Source: Octopus bimaculoides (lineage: Eukaryota). Taken from it: a stretch of 64,000 nt of DNA. The stretch lies in contig NC_068982.1 of the NCBI RefSeq assembly GCF_001194135.2, positions 144,665,778 to 144,729,777 on the forward strand, written 5' to 3'. A program made the translations under genes and the position numbers. The notes under the pieces are model-generated. The model did no database searches. It saw nothing but the letters and a program-made list of their open reading frames with translations, and was not told where the DNA came from. This document shows positions 50,705 to 63,706 of the stretch, in pieces (positions within the stretch are counted from its first letter, which is position 1; each line of letters starts with the position of its first letter).

Positions 50705-51504
50705 GATTATGGCTGCAACCAGAACTGAAACTTGAACAGAACAGATATTTTTATATAGACATTTGGGTTTCGGCAATTATGAACCTGAAGTCACCATGAG
50801 AAATTATGAGAGATTGTGATGTCCAGTTATCTTAATGAAGCTTGTGGCCATTAATTGTGCTGTTCAAGAGAAAAGAGACAGAACTGTGTTGAAACTGTGA
50901 CTTTTCACTAGTAAGACTTATATAATATCTGAAGTATTACAGATCCAAAAATAATTTTCAAGCAAGGTTACAAATATATATAATATATATTTAAATATGG
51001 AATAAAGAAAAAAGTGACAGGCTATATAATACTTAGTAAATAGAAACAAAAAAACAAAATCAATTTCTTTGAGATACACTTTAAAACTAAATCTAGATTA
51101 GTAATAGTCTATGTTTACAGCTCAGCTAGCAATGTCCACGATTTGATTTCAAACCCTATTTGAAACCAATTGACTTTATTTATACAGCTTATGTCCTTTA
51201 ACAAAGACATGAGTGTCACATTTTCCCCATCTCCTTCTCTACTAAAAACAGTCTAATAAGTCAGAGTATGCTCGGAAAAACAACCAGACTTCTATTTATC
51301 CCCATCTACTTTCTCAAATTTCCTATGTATATTATAAAACTTAGCAGGGATAAAAGTAGCGTTGCTGACTCTTATTCCACCAGTGGTTGTATGGCTTAAT
51401 ACTACGGCCCACACACAATCAGACGGAATAACATTAAAGCTAGAATATTAAATTACTTTTGTACACTTAGCAGTGCTTAAATAACAACAACAACAGTAAT
51501 AATA

Positions 51505-51722
51505 ATCCATTCTACTATAGGCACAAGGCCTGGAATTTGTGGGGAGGGGGATAGTTGATCACATCGACCCCAGTGTGTAACTCATAGTTATTTCATCGAC
51601 CCTGAAAGGATGAAAGGCAAAGTCGACCTCGGTGGAATTTGAACTCAGAACGTAAAATCAGACAAAATGTCACTAAGCATTTTGCCCGATGTGCTAACAA
51701 TTCTGCCAGCTTGCTGCCTTAA
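51505..51722 (-). mobile_element. Family-III tRNA SINE, well preserved
   Basis: ttctactataggcacaaggcc...gtcgacctcggtggaatttgaactcagaacgtaaa...ctgccagcttgctgcctt. Confidence 0.85.
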
Positions 51723-51739
51723 TAATTATAATAATAATA

Positions 51740-52500
51740 ATCATCGTTTAACATCTATTTTCCATGCTGGCATGCATTGGACGGTTTGACTGGGGACTAG
51801 CAAGACAGGAGGCTGCACCAGGCTCCAATCTGATCTGGCAATGTATCTACAACTGGATGCCCTTCCAAACGCCAACCACTCTGAGAGTGTAGTGGGTGCT
51901 TTTTACGTGCCACCAACATGGGAGCTAGTCAGGCAGCACTGGCATCGGCCATGTTCGGATGGTGCTTTTATGTGCTACTGGCACAGGGGCCAGTCAGGGC
52001 GGGGACTGGCATCGATCATGGTCGGATAGCGCTTTTTATGTGCCACCAGCACGCGGAGCCAGTCAGGCGACATTAGTAATGACCCATGCATGAATGGTGC
52101 TTATTGCGTGCTACCAGCCCGGAGCCAGTCAAGCAGCACTGGCATTGGCCACAACTACAATTTCCCTTTGATTGTGATTTGATTTGATTTTGATTTTACT
52201 TGACTCAATAGGTCTCCTCAAGCATGGCATGTCACTTGACGATTCAAAGGTACTTTTTAAATGGACTGGTTATGCGACACTGATGTAGGCTATGGCTGTG
52301 ATCTCATTTTACTTGCTGGGTCTTCTCAATCACATCATATCTCCAGAGGTCTCAGTCTTTCGTCATTGCCCCTGTGAGGCCCATTGTTCGAAGGTCATAC
52401 TTCACCACCTCATACCATGTCTTCCTGAGTCTCCCTCTTCCACGGGTTCCTTCCACTGTTAGGGAGTGACACTTCTTCACACAGCTCTCCTCATCCATAC
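51740..52500 (-). mobile_element. RTE LINE 3' end (ORF tail plus 3' UTR repeats)
   Basis: RMDEESCVKKCHSLTVEGTRGRGRLRKTWYEVVKYDLRTMGLT, followed by the repeated UTR and tail. Confidence 0.85.
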
Positions 52501-52547
52501 GCAATGCAATAATAATAATGATAATAATAATAATAATAATAATAATA

Positions 52548-52765
52548 ACCCTTTCTACTAAAGGCACAAGACCTGAAGTTTGTGGGAGGGATCCAGTTGA
52601 TCACTTTGACCCCAGTGTTTCACTAGTACTTAATTTATTGACCCCAAAAGGATGAAAGCCAAAGTTGACCTCAGCAGAATTTGAACTCAAAATGTAGTGG
52701 CAGACAAAATACCGCTAAGCATTTCGCCTGGTGTGCTAACAATTCTGCTAGCTTTCTACCTTAAT
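52548..52765 (-). mobile_element. Family-III tRNA SINE
   Basis: Same unit, flanked by (AAT)n. Confidence 0.85.
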
Positions 52766-53317
52766 AATAATAATAATGATAATAATAATAATAATAATAA
52801 TAAATGACAACAGCAACAAAACACTCCAGATTTGAATTAACAAAAAGAATCTCTTAAAAAGGAAAGCTAAAATAGTACAAACTTGGGTTTAGCTTTTAAT
52901 CTAGGTAACAAACGTAAGGATGTAGAATTTTGACCTGATAAATATATTTAAGTAAAAATAAATAAATAAATAAATATACAAATAAATGTAAAAAAAACAA
53001 CAAATAGCAAATAATATTACAACATAATGTTTCTATTATCCTTAGCCCAACTCCATCAATTATAATAAGCTGGAATGTTGAAACAATGAAAATATTAATC
53101 AGTTATATATTAATTACAAGAATTTATTACACTTATGATTAAATTGTTTCCATATGATTATATGCATATATAGGTTTGTATGTATGTATGTGTGAGTGTG
53201 ATCTCTCACATATGCATGTCTGTGTGAGTGTATATTGTTCTGTTTATTGGAAATTTTTATACAGTTTCTATAGAGTTGTTCTTCAAGAAACTCTTTAAAG
53301 CAATTATTCAAAACAAC

Positions 53318-53730
53318 TAAATTTGACGACTGGCACCCATGCCAACGTTGTCTCTTTCATTGGAACGAAACTCAGCTTGCGAAGACCTGTTGGGGCAAGC
53401 GAAAGCGAAATCATGTCGCCTTCCTGGCACTTGTGCCGGTGACACGTGTAAAGACATTCGAGCGAGATTGTTGCCAGTGCCGATGGACTGGCTCCTGTGC
53501 AGGTGGAATGTAAAATACACCATTTTGAGTGTGGCCATTGCCAGTACCGCCTGACTGGCCTTCGTGCGAGTGGCACGTAAAAGCACCCACTACACTCTCG
53601 GAGTGGTTGGCATTAGGAAGGGCATCCAGCCATAGAAACTCTGCCAAATCAGATTGGTTCACCAGTCTTCAGTCAAATCGTCCAACCCATGCTAGCATGG
53701 AAAGCAGATGTTTAAACGATGATGATGATG
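53318..53730 (+). mobile_element. RTE LINE 3' UTR fragment
   Basis: Same units and (GAT)n tail as the other copies. Confidence 0.85.
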
Positions 53731-53819
53731 AACTATTCTGAGGGTTTATTTTTAAACTGAGTCTGAAGTTGAATTAAACAGACAGATGAAATTTGCAAGG
53801 CTAACAAGCTATCAATTCA

Positions 53820-54005
53820 TATTGATTTCAAATTTTGATACAAGACCAGTAATTCCAGGGGAGGGGGTAATTTGATTACATCAACCCTATTTTTCAACTG
53901 GCACTTATTTTATTGACCTGAAAGGATGAAAGGCAAAGTTGAACTTGGAATTTGATCTCATAATGTAAAGCCGGATGAAATGCTAAGCGCTCTGTCTGGT
54001 GTGTC
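53820..54005 (-). mobile_element. Family-III tRNA SINE abutting the RTE-1-like insertion
   Basis: Same unit. Confidence 0.75.
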
Positions 54006-54010
54006 AACAC

Positions 54011-54814
54011 CAATGGTGAGCTACTCACCCACCTCCGTTTCGCTTATGACATCATAATCATCGCTAAAACCACAGATCAGCTTCAGACCATACAGACGGA
54101 GCTTGACATCAAAAGCTCTGCAGTGGGTCTCAAGATGAACTGTATGAAAACAAAGTTCATGCGGTCCGACAGTGTACCAACAGGTCGAATGGTGGTCGGC
54201 AGCGATGAAATAGAGGAGGTAAAGGAATATGTCTGCCTGGGACAGGAAGTGAATGTGCGCCGAGACATCGAAAAGGAGATCTCGTGGAGAGTAAGGGCCA
54301 GATGGAAGGCGTTTAATAGCATAAGGGATGTGCTCAAGTGAAGGTTGGACAGGACTACTCGCGCCAGCCTCATAAATAGCACAGTTCTATCTGCAATGTT
54401 ATATGGTAGTGAAACATGGGCTACAACAAAGAGAAAAGAGCAGAGATTGGTAATGGCTCAAAGAGCCATGGAGAGGTCAATGCTTGGAATCTCGTTGAGA
54501 GAGCACATCAGTAGCGAGGTCATCAGACAGAAGTCTGGCATGAGGGATGTCATCGTAGAATATATACGCAGCAAGTTTAGATGGGCTGGACATGTCGCCC
54601 GGCTCACCGATAATCGGTGGACCCGCACAGTTGTCGAGTGGTAACCACGCGAGCAGAAACAACCACTCGGAAGGCCTCCATGACGGTGGAGTTACGATTT
54701 TAGGAGGGTGATTGGGACCACGTGGATGAGGAAGGTGTGATGCAGAGAGGAGTGGACAACATGCTGTGACCCGTGGTGTCAAATGGATGCCCGACGGACT
54801 GGTCGGTTAAGGTC
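54011..54814 (+). mobile_element. Second RTE family (RTE-1-like), 5'-truncated RT/C-terminal region with nonsense mutations
   Basis: NGELLTHLRFAYDIIII (FADD motif mutated), VGLKMNCMKTKFM, EYVCLGQ, MLYGSETW, KFRWAGHVARLTDNRWT. Ends at a (TA)n run. Confidence 0.9.
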
Positions 54815-55739
54815 ATATATATATATATATATATATATACTTACACAGAGTCATGTAAATAAATAAATAAACAATCTGATAAGGAAGTCTCTGCTTAGTT
54901 ACTCTTTTATGTATCTATCCCTGCATCGCTAGGCAACAGGATTTGATTTGTTTGCCTACCTTTAGATTAACTGTTCGACAAAAGAGAACATTAGATTAAA
55001 TATCAGACTGAAAATAATCACTGGGGTTGAGTTGTCTGACTAAAACCCTTCAAGGTGATACCCCAGCAAGGGCACAGTCCAATAACTAAAACAAGTAAAA
55101 TTTAAAATGATAGAAAAGTTATACACACACACACTATGTATGTATGTGGATTTGTTTATGTACGTATGTATGTATGTTCTGACAAAGGATCAAGATACTT
55201 GACACCTTGTTGTACTCAAGAAAACCCTGTATTCCACAGTGGAAGTGTTGAGGCCACTCCCTCTGGCAAAGAGGATTGGTCTGCAAGAGTCCTGTGCTGG
55301 TGCTATGTAAAAAGCACTCATGCTAGTGCCATGTAAAAGTGCTTGTGCAGTGCCATGAAAAAAAAAAAAAAATGGAAAGAATGGGATAGCCATTTGATAA
55401 GAGCTGATCCGAGTTAAACAACAACAAATTTGTTTACCATTGATAGCATATTATTCAACTCATTCCTTTCACTATCTTCATTATGACCATCATCTCTATC
55501 ATAGAGTGAAGAAGGTTATCTGACAGCAACACATGGAACACAGATGATGGCTATCTCAACTCTGAAATAGTAAGGAATATTACTGCAGAATTCTGTGTTA
55601 AGGAATGATATCAGCAGATTGAATATTGCTGAGATAAATCTGTAGGAAGAATTCCCAGCTGTCACTGATCAGGCTTATTCAATACAATCTCTAGAAAGTT
55701 CTGATTAGCTCTTGTATAGTCAATACACTATCATTCATT

Positions 55740-55968
55740 TGTTTCAGTCATTGGCTGCAGTCAAATGACTGAAATAAATAAAATTAAAAGAAATGTATGT
55801 ATGTATAAGTTCAATGGACTTCTGTACAGTTTCTGTCAACCAAGTTCACTCATAGGCCATTGGTTGATCCAGAGCTATATAGAAAACATTAGCTCAAGTG
55901 CTGTACAATGAGACTGAACCTAAAACTGTATGGTCGCAAAGGGAACTTCTTTAACCACACAGCCATGA
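55740..55968 (-). mobile_element. SINE family I, old degenerate copy
   Basis: gtttcagtcatt...caccaagttcactca.aggc.ttggttg...gactgaacc. Confidence 0.6.
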
Positions 55969-56031
55969 TGCTTATTTTGGTTAATTTTGAAAATAATCAA
56001 GAATTTAGTAAAATAGTATTTTCACTATTAA

Positions 56032-56175
56032 CCCATTAAAGCCCATGGTCCTTTTTTCATGGGGTATCTTTCAAATATTGTAATAAAAATTTTTTTAATA
56101 TATTTAGTATCAGATAAAGTTGTATAAAAAAGATTTTGTTAATAAGTTAAATAAAAAAATTTGGGCACTAAAGGG
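56032..56175. mobile_element. Second TTAA-flanked MITE family
   Basis: TTAA|CCCATTAAAGCCCA...TGGGCACTAAAGGG|TTAA. Confidence 0.7.
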
Positions 56176-57564
56176 TTAAACTGGAATTTGGAACATAAGA
56201 ATATTTTAGTTCAAATATAAATACTTTAATGTAAAAAGTGTGATATCATGGAACCAGAAGCAATAACAAACAGTTTGGTATGAAAAGAGCTAAGCAAACA
56301 AAAAGGTCAAATTCTGGTCAAGCACTAAACTAGGAGATATAACTGACTATTTGCTGCTTATCTATATGGTAGAATATATCTTAAACAAGTATTGCAATGT
56401 ATGCATAGAATATCAAAATGGTTGGTGTTTACTAGATAGGACATTCTGTGAAATTTTTTGCAATTTTGTCAGGAAACTTCACTGGTGTGTGTGTGTGAGA
56501 ATATGTATATGTATATCTGTGTATTTATGTATATGCGTATACATATACAAGATGTAGATGTTTGTTTGTGTGAGTACGCATGTGTGTGCGTGTATCTGTG
56601 TGTGTGTGTGTGTGTGTGTGTGCATGCACATGTCTGTATATACTTGTGTATTTATGTATGTAATAAAACATACACACACACACACACTCACAAATTTGTG
56701 ATTATTCACATGTAAATTGGGAAAGAATTCAGCTGTTTACCATGTTGAAAAATAATTCACACCATGCAACGCCAAGTGTCAGTATGGTAACTAATATTAC
56801 AAACACCAGTTCTCACCAAATTACTGATGTTAAAACTGTGTACATTAAAAAAATATATCTTGTACCAAAAGTATTTAACTAACTATACAGATGGCAAAAC
56901 CCAAGTAGACAGCATCTAGATGATCACGCACAACAAACAATAATAACATTTTTTCTTAGTTTATTCCCAGATCATTCCTTACTGAACAGATCTATGGTAA
57001 AAGGTACTGCCAATTGTGAAAATTTTATGTTTAACTCTAGGTCAGACCTGAGTGTACTGACCTTTTTATGAGGTATTTCAATTGCAAAACACTGTTTTTT
57101 TTCAAATGTCATAAATTTATAAAACTACATTTTTGTATGTCTTCAATGTTCTTTTTTTTTTTTTTTTTTTAGGTGATAGAATATGACTTGAGGGAAATTC
57201 AATTGCTATTTCTAGCAGGTTGAGCCATCATGTAAAATATTGTTTCTCAGCCTTTTCTATGCCTTGCACTCCTGAGAAGTGTTTAATTTTCTTGCTTCTT
57301 AGAAAGATAATGATTCCATTATTTTAGGCCACAAGGGCCTAAAATACGTAATGGGCGTTATGCATATTTCAAGAGTTACTGCTCTTCCATCAACACCACA
57401 TCTAGCCCTTCTTACAGAAATAATATCACATTTGAAGGTGAAAATGTCGATTTTTTAATAACAAATTCATCTAACTTGAACCACATGCAGTGAACAATTA
57501 CGTTTGTCGTAATTTGAATTTAACATATGAGAGCGTCTCATAAAGCTAGATTTATATATCTTAA

Positions 57565-57680
57565 TTTGCAGAGGAATTTGTAGTGGGTAGTTTAGCTTAA
57601 TCGGTCAAAGCATCATGATGTGTAATCACAGGGATGTGAGTTCGAGTCCACAGCTAGCCACCTACACTTTTCTCTGCAAA
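57565..57680 (+). other. Degenerate tRNA-like cloverleaf whose acceptor stem is extended by ~23-bp flanking inverted repeats
   Basis: A box TAGCTTAATCGG, D stem GCTT/AAGC, B box GAGTTCGAGTCC, acceptor GGTAGTT/AGCTAGC. Flanks tttgcagaggaatttgtagtggg / gccacctacacttttctctgcaaa. Confidence 0.55.
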
Positions 57681-59044
57681 ATAGGGATAGTTTATCCTGT
57701 TCAGGCTATATTATTAGCATTATTCTGCGATTGAGAATTTAAAATCACTTCTTTAACTTTCTAAACTCAAAAGTTAAGATTTCAACAAAGTGAATAAAAA
57801 TTCTAATATAAATTTAGTAATTAGAAAGCAAATGAATAAGTAAAGAGTGAAATCAATAACAATTATGAACATAAAATTCAATAACTTCTTTGATCCTGCT
57901 TTTCATTTATGGCCATCAAGACATGGAATTTTCTTGACGACTGTAATCTGCATTGACAAAAGAAAACATGAATCTAGATTCACACATGTGTTGATCCTCA
58001 TGGAACAAGGACTCAGTATTTGGTCTTAATCTCTTGAGGGTTAAATCTACATACGTAGAATAAAATTCTTGGTGTGCTTAACACAATAAAGTTATATTTA
58101 AGAGTTAGTTAATTAAATTCTAAAAAGCAATTCTACTAAAGTATATATTTTTCTTCTTTGCTGCAATCCTAAAATTCCATTTCATACCCCATATTGGGAC
58201 CCCTGGTATAAAGGGAGGTTCACTTATTGGCTAGTAGTTCAAGTATATAATTCAACCTGTAGTATATTACAAATAATTTAATCCCAAGAACTGACTGAAG
58301 CAGAATTTCAATTCAGAGATGAAGAAATGAAACTCTGAAACAGGTTAAACTATACTCAGTACCAACTTATTATATAACCCTCTCCTTAAAAATAAGTACA
58401 TAGGGGTCTTCTTCTAAGTGACCACTCAACCTGTTAGAAATAGCATCAAATTTCCCTCAAATTACATTTTCATGTCTTAAAAGGCAAGGAGCACATTAGT
58501 TAATGTGACCCTCGATACACACTACCTGAAAAAAGTAAATAAGAAAATAAATGATGATCTGAGGTTCAACAACAACAAAACCAAGCAGTTTCTCACTTGT
58601 TTACCATAAATGTGAATTGAACAATAACATTAAGTAAAAATGGAAACAAAATTGAATTATTCTTCTATGGACGTGACTCAGATGCTTATTGCAGCAACCA
58701 AAAGTAATACTCATTAAACTCCATATCAATTTTTACAAGTGTTCTTTCTACATGTTTGGCCCTAATTTTTGCTCCATTCCTTATATGTAAACAATAAAGT
58801 GACTAGAATTATATCAGGGTGTAATTCTACAATAAAGATGGGATGACCTTGGCTAGAATAATACCAGTCAAGTGATTTTACATCTGTCAAAACAGAGCTG
58901 ACTAAGGCTACACAATAACACTAACAACAACAACGAACAGAAATGCATACCTACATACTTACACATATACACACAAACATATACATAACCATATGCACAA
59001 ATGAATACACATATATGAATATATTTGTGTGTGTGTGTGTGTGC

Positions 59045-59185
59045 ATTGGCTTAGTGGTTAGGGTGTTGCACACATGATCATAAGATTGTAGTTTCAATTC
59101 CTGAATCAGGCAATGCATTGTGTTCTCGAGTAAAACACTTCATTTTACATTGGACCTGTTTACTCAGCTGGCGTAAATGAAAAAT
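59045..59185 (+). mobile_element. Truncated head-1 plus core SINE
   Basis: tggcttagtggttagg...tttcaattcc...gagtaaaacacttcatttt. Confidence 0.6.
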
Positions 59186-59280
59186 CCTATGACAGAGTTC
59201 TGGGAAACCAACATTATAAGCTTGTAGCTTGGCAAAGATCTTTAATCCTCATTTTAATACACACACATACACATAATATG

Positions 59281-59317
<37 letters not shown>

Positions 59318-59574
59318 NNNNNNNNNNNNNNNNNNNNNNNNNNNNNNNNNNNNNNNNNNNNNNNNNNNNNNNNNNNNNNNNNNNNNNNNNNNNNNNNNNN
59401 NNNNNNNNNNNNNNNNNNNNNNNNNNNNNNNNNNNNNNNNNNNNNNNNNNNNNNNNNNNNNNNNGATATATATATATATATATATATATGTAAAAGGTGG
59501 AAGAGGAACACACCAGTAGATATATATGGAAAAAAGACAAAGTAGAAAATGCTAAAATACTTTTATAAAGAACA

Positions 59575-59616
59575 TTACAGAACCGGTTTCGATCCTTGAG
59601 ATCTTTTCAACAGTAA
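59575..59616 (-). ncRNA. Hammerhead-geometry motif with variant core
   Basis: TTACTG TTGAAAA GATC tcaag GATC GAAA CCGG TT CTGTAA. Stem I 5/6 bp, 7-nt junction, 4-bp stem II, GAAA, palindromic AACCGGTT. The core is TTGAAAA rather than CTGANGA. Confidence 0.4.
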
Positions 59617-61305
59617 ATATGAATAATAGATTTTTGAAAAATTAAATTTTGGTAAATTTAAAAGAAAAGTCTTTTTAAAGACATATTTGTATAGTATACT
59701 AGTAACAGCGGCATTTTTCTTGCTTCTGCCTGTCTCTGTCTCACTTGTTAACTCTTGTGGGTTCGAAGAAGGACTTCACTTGCAAGATATTGATCAACCT
59801 GGTGCTACACCATGCAATGGAACTGAACCCAACCAAATAGTTGTGAAGTGAACATGAAAGACTTAAAGGACATTGCCTGAAACATGTATAAATTTACACT
59901 TAGACTACCCTAAAAAAAAGTCGAGATTTTGGAGAGGTTCAATTTACATCTTTCCTTCATGAAGATGAAAGAAAATCACCTAAGTTGGTTACAGATAAAT
60001 AAACAGTAATGACACAAAAAAAAATGAATAAAATTGGGTTAAAATACATTAGAGTACCCACCATGGCCACCACCAGCCCCGGATTCAAGGCTAAAGATAA
60101 GAATTAACAAATGATATACAGACCCTTAGGTCTAATAAATAGATCTACTTATACTTTTATTTTCAAGAATAGGGCCCTTTACAAGTGTGTATGTATAGGT
60201 TTTCCTAGCTTCCTAGTTAACTAGAAAACAAAGAATTCAGCCAGTGTTTGCCTTGAAGCTACAGATGCTGATAAATCAAAGGGTTATCAACTTGGCTGAT
60301 TACGACACACACACACACACACAACTTCAGAACATAACCAAAAGTAGTGAAAAAAAGAAAAAAAGAGGCAAAACAAGAAAAAAAGAAAAGCAAAACTTGT
60401 CTGCGTGAAAGGTTAGAACTATGCATTGGTTTTAATCAAATAGGATAGTCATGGAAATGAGGAAGAAAATAAGTAAAAGACAAAATAAGATAAAGATTTA
60501 GGGAAAAAAAAAATGGTAGAGATATAACTTGTAAACTGATGGCCTTCCTTTCCAGTGGTGGTAATATTTTGACTTCTTGTGACACTTTGAAGCTGTTTTA
60601 TCTCTTCATGTGGGCTACTGATTAGAAAGAAAGAAGTAGGTGGTTGATACAGTACTCGCTTTATCCTCTTGGCTAGAAACAGCAAGTGAACCCTTAATTA
60701 TTAAATAAAGCATACAGTGTGTACTGCGTGTGTGCATGTGAGTGTATGTATGTGTGTGAGTGTGTGTATGAAAGAGAGAGAGATGGAGAGAGAGCACGTT
60801 TGTCTGTTAAACCTCAATCCTATATCTAAAACGTTTTTGTACTGTTGGTCTAATAAAGAGGTATCTGTCTTTATTAGCACTGGATGGAAGTTTGGTTCCA
60901 TGAGTTTCAGTTGCAAATAAATATCAGTGCCTTGTTACCACCACCACCACAAGTGAGGGAACTCATACATAATGACTTGACCTGCTTGAAATAACAGCTA
61001 AACAACAGTAACAACCTATAAGACTACAGCTGAATATGTATAAGAAATTAAAGATTTGAATGAAAAAGAGGCAAACATACATACACATACATATATATTA
61101 CACATACTTACATACATATATATGTATATACTGATATATATATATATATATATCAGAAAAAGAAGGCGCAGTAAAGTGCAACACAGAACCAAAATCAGGT
61201 TTAGTAGTGGCTCCACAATCCACTCCAGCATCCAGTATAACAAGACACAGGGCACCAAACTCAGAATAGGCTAGAGTGCAGAGTATGCGCCAAATATTAG
61301 AAAGA

Positions 61306-61373
61306 AATAATAAGCAGAAAACAGGTGTGATATTCAAACCTTTGAATACCACACCTGTTTTCTGCTTGTTATT
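61306..61373. repeat. Near-perfect 33-bp inverted repeat with a 2-nt spacer
   Basis: aataataagcagaaaacaggtgtgatattcaaa CC tttgaataccacacctgttttctgcttgttatt; 31/33 Watson-Crick pairs. Confidence 0.9.
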
Positions 61374-61406
61374 TTTTTTTATTGTATATATGTATGTATG
61401 TACACA

Positions 61407-61476
<70 letters not shown>

Positions 61477-61499
61477 AACATTTCTTTAGAACTCTTAAA

Positions 61500-61640
61500 A
61501 CAATATTTACATTTGACGGATATTTGTCATATTGTTTGTTGTTAACACGTTTCGGTTGATATACCCTCCAGCCTTCATCAGGTGTCTTGGGGAAATTTCG
61601 AACCTGGGTTCTCATTTCTAAGGTATTTTTCAATGTTATT
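61500..61640 (-). mobile_element. Headless (5'-truncated) second copy of the hammerhead-bearing SINE 3' module
   Basis: Highly similar to 30690-30830. 61544-61586 on the minus strand reads GACAC CTGATGA a GGCTG gagggtatat CAACC GAAAC GTGTT: intact core and GAAAC, one stem II mismatch, 3-nt deletion at the cleavage site. Confidence 0.7.
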
Positions 61641-62027
61641 AGTTTCTTTGAGGTGATATTTGGCTGCTAAATTCAGCATATAGAAGACAAACCATTGAGA
61701 GGGCCTCTAAAAAGTTGTTTGTTCTACTAGATACAACAACCAAATCTCCTTTGAATTCCATATGCTGTCTCCTCTCTCTGCTTTTTCTACTGCTGTTGTA
61801 GTGATTTCTGATTCTCAGTGTTTCAGTGGTTGGTCACTGTCACCCAACATTTGAGTCACTTGTGTCTGTGTCACCAACTTCTCATCATTACACTGTAAAT
61901 TTCATCCCACTCAAAGTATTAAACTCAACTCTTCTTCTCCAGAATGGTACTTTTCTGCAGGGTGACAATGCAAGTTCCAATTCAAATTTCTTTCAGTCTT
62001 TTACGTAACATTTTGGGTGTTGAGCCA

Positions 62028-62028
<1 letters not shown>

Positions 62029-62058
<30 letters not shown>

Positions 62059-62108
62059 CTTCTTCTTCTTCTTCTTCTTCTCCTTCTCCTTCTTCTTCTT
62101 CTTCTTCT
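62029..62108. repeat. (TTC)n microsatellite
   Basis: Direct reading. Confidence 0.95.
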
Positions 62109-63200
62109 ATAATTGTCCAATATTTAGTAGTTTGAGGCAAATTTCTGCATCACCTGCTACATCTCCATGTTGCTGGGGTGAGTGCAGCACTGTCTGTTCT
62201 TTTCTGTTGTTGGGAGAGTGCAAACACTTCCCAGTATTGCATTGTGTTAGTTTTTTTGTCTCTTGAGGTGTGGTACAGTTTTTTTGTTGTATTACTGCTT
62301 GTATTGTGTACTGAGTGTATATTATTATTATCATCATCATTATTATTGTTATTATTATTATTATTATTAAATCCACATCATCCCTGATTGAGTAGATCTA
62401 TGATTAAAGACATTACAGTCAGTCATGGTCATATCATTTTTATTGGCCAAGACTATACTATCCAATGGTTTCTTTGTCAAGTGTGACTTGAAGATTTGGC
62501 TGCTGTTTTTAGCAGGCTGTATGATTGCATAAAGGTTTCTTCATCAACTTGAAATAGAGTTAGTGGGTATTAGGTATAATTTACTTGACATTTTGTTTGT
62601 GTGCGCGTGAGGGTGCGTGGGGTATGTATTATGATAGTTTGTATGTTTTAGGTAGAATTAGGCAAGATATACTAGACAGTAGGTTACATGTTACAATGTG
62701 GAATAGAACAAGTGAAGTAGGAGTGTTAGTCTTTCTTTCTTTAAATGACAAATAAGTCAGCCTAGTTTCTTCACTTCAACAGTTAAAAAATAGTGTTCAT
62801 CTATATTTTCTCTTGTATTTCAGTAAAGCCATATCAGTTAAATATTATCACGCTTGTTAATGCCAGGCATTTTTAACCTTGAATGTTAGAGAAGTCAGTA
62901 TTCAGTCAAAATTCTTGTCTGAGAAACAAAAACTGGTTGTAATTTTAATAATCTTCAGCAGATATAGGCATGGCTGTGAGGTTCACAAGTTACTTTAGAG
63001 CCATATAATTTCAAGTTCAATCCCACTGTGTAGCACCTTGGGTGAGTGTCTTCTAGGGCCTACTGTGTATGTATGCATGCATGTGTGTGTATGTGTGTGT
63101 GTATGTGTAACTTATTGATATGTGTCGGTATGTCAAGCTAAAATTAAAATAATTTTACATGAAACTGAAGGATTAACCAATACATTACATAGCGTATATA

Positions 63201-63428
63201 TTGGGTTGTCTGGAAAGTTCATGCCGATTTTTAAAGGAAAGAAAAAGGTCAATAAATACTTGCCATTACATTTTTAATCAACCAAGTTTGAACCATTTTG
63301 TTGCACAATGCATCTCCATCTTTTCTTTAACTTGAAAATACCCTCTTCCCAGAACTGAGGTAGTTTCATGGTAAATAAGTTGAAAGGTAAGCTACTATAA
63401 ATCGGCACGAACTTTCTGGACAACCCAA
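63201..63428 (-). mobile_element. Mariner deletion derivative (MITE) with both TIRs
   Basis: ~30-bp TIRs ttgggttgtctggaaagttcatgccgattt / aaatcggcacgaactttctggacaacccaa (3 mismatches), flanking TA. The interior encodes the transposase C-terminus FWEEGIFKLKKRWRCIVQQNG. Confidence 0.9.
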
Positions 63429-63706
63429 TATTTATCATACTTTTACAAGAATGGTGACAGTGACTTCAAAGTTTCAGCTTGCTAACCTTCATCACACAAA
63501 CTAAATCAGCTTAGCAGAAATGGACTTGAAGGCTTTTGTAATACTCTTTTATTACATTAGCATATACTTACTGGCATACACACACACACACATGTATATA
63601 TGCATATTGTTATATTCCTCTAATTCAGTTCTGACTAGGTATGGAACTGAATTTGGTGACTTTTGCTTTGTTTAGTAAATGTATTTGTATTTTGTTAATT
63701 TGTAAG

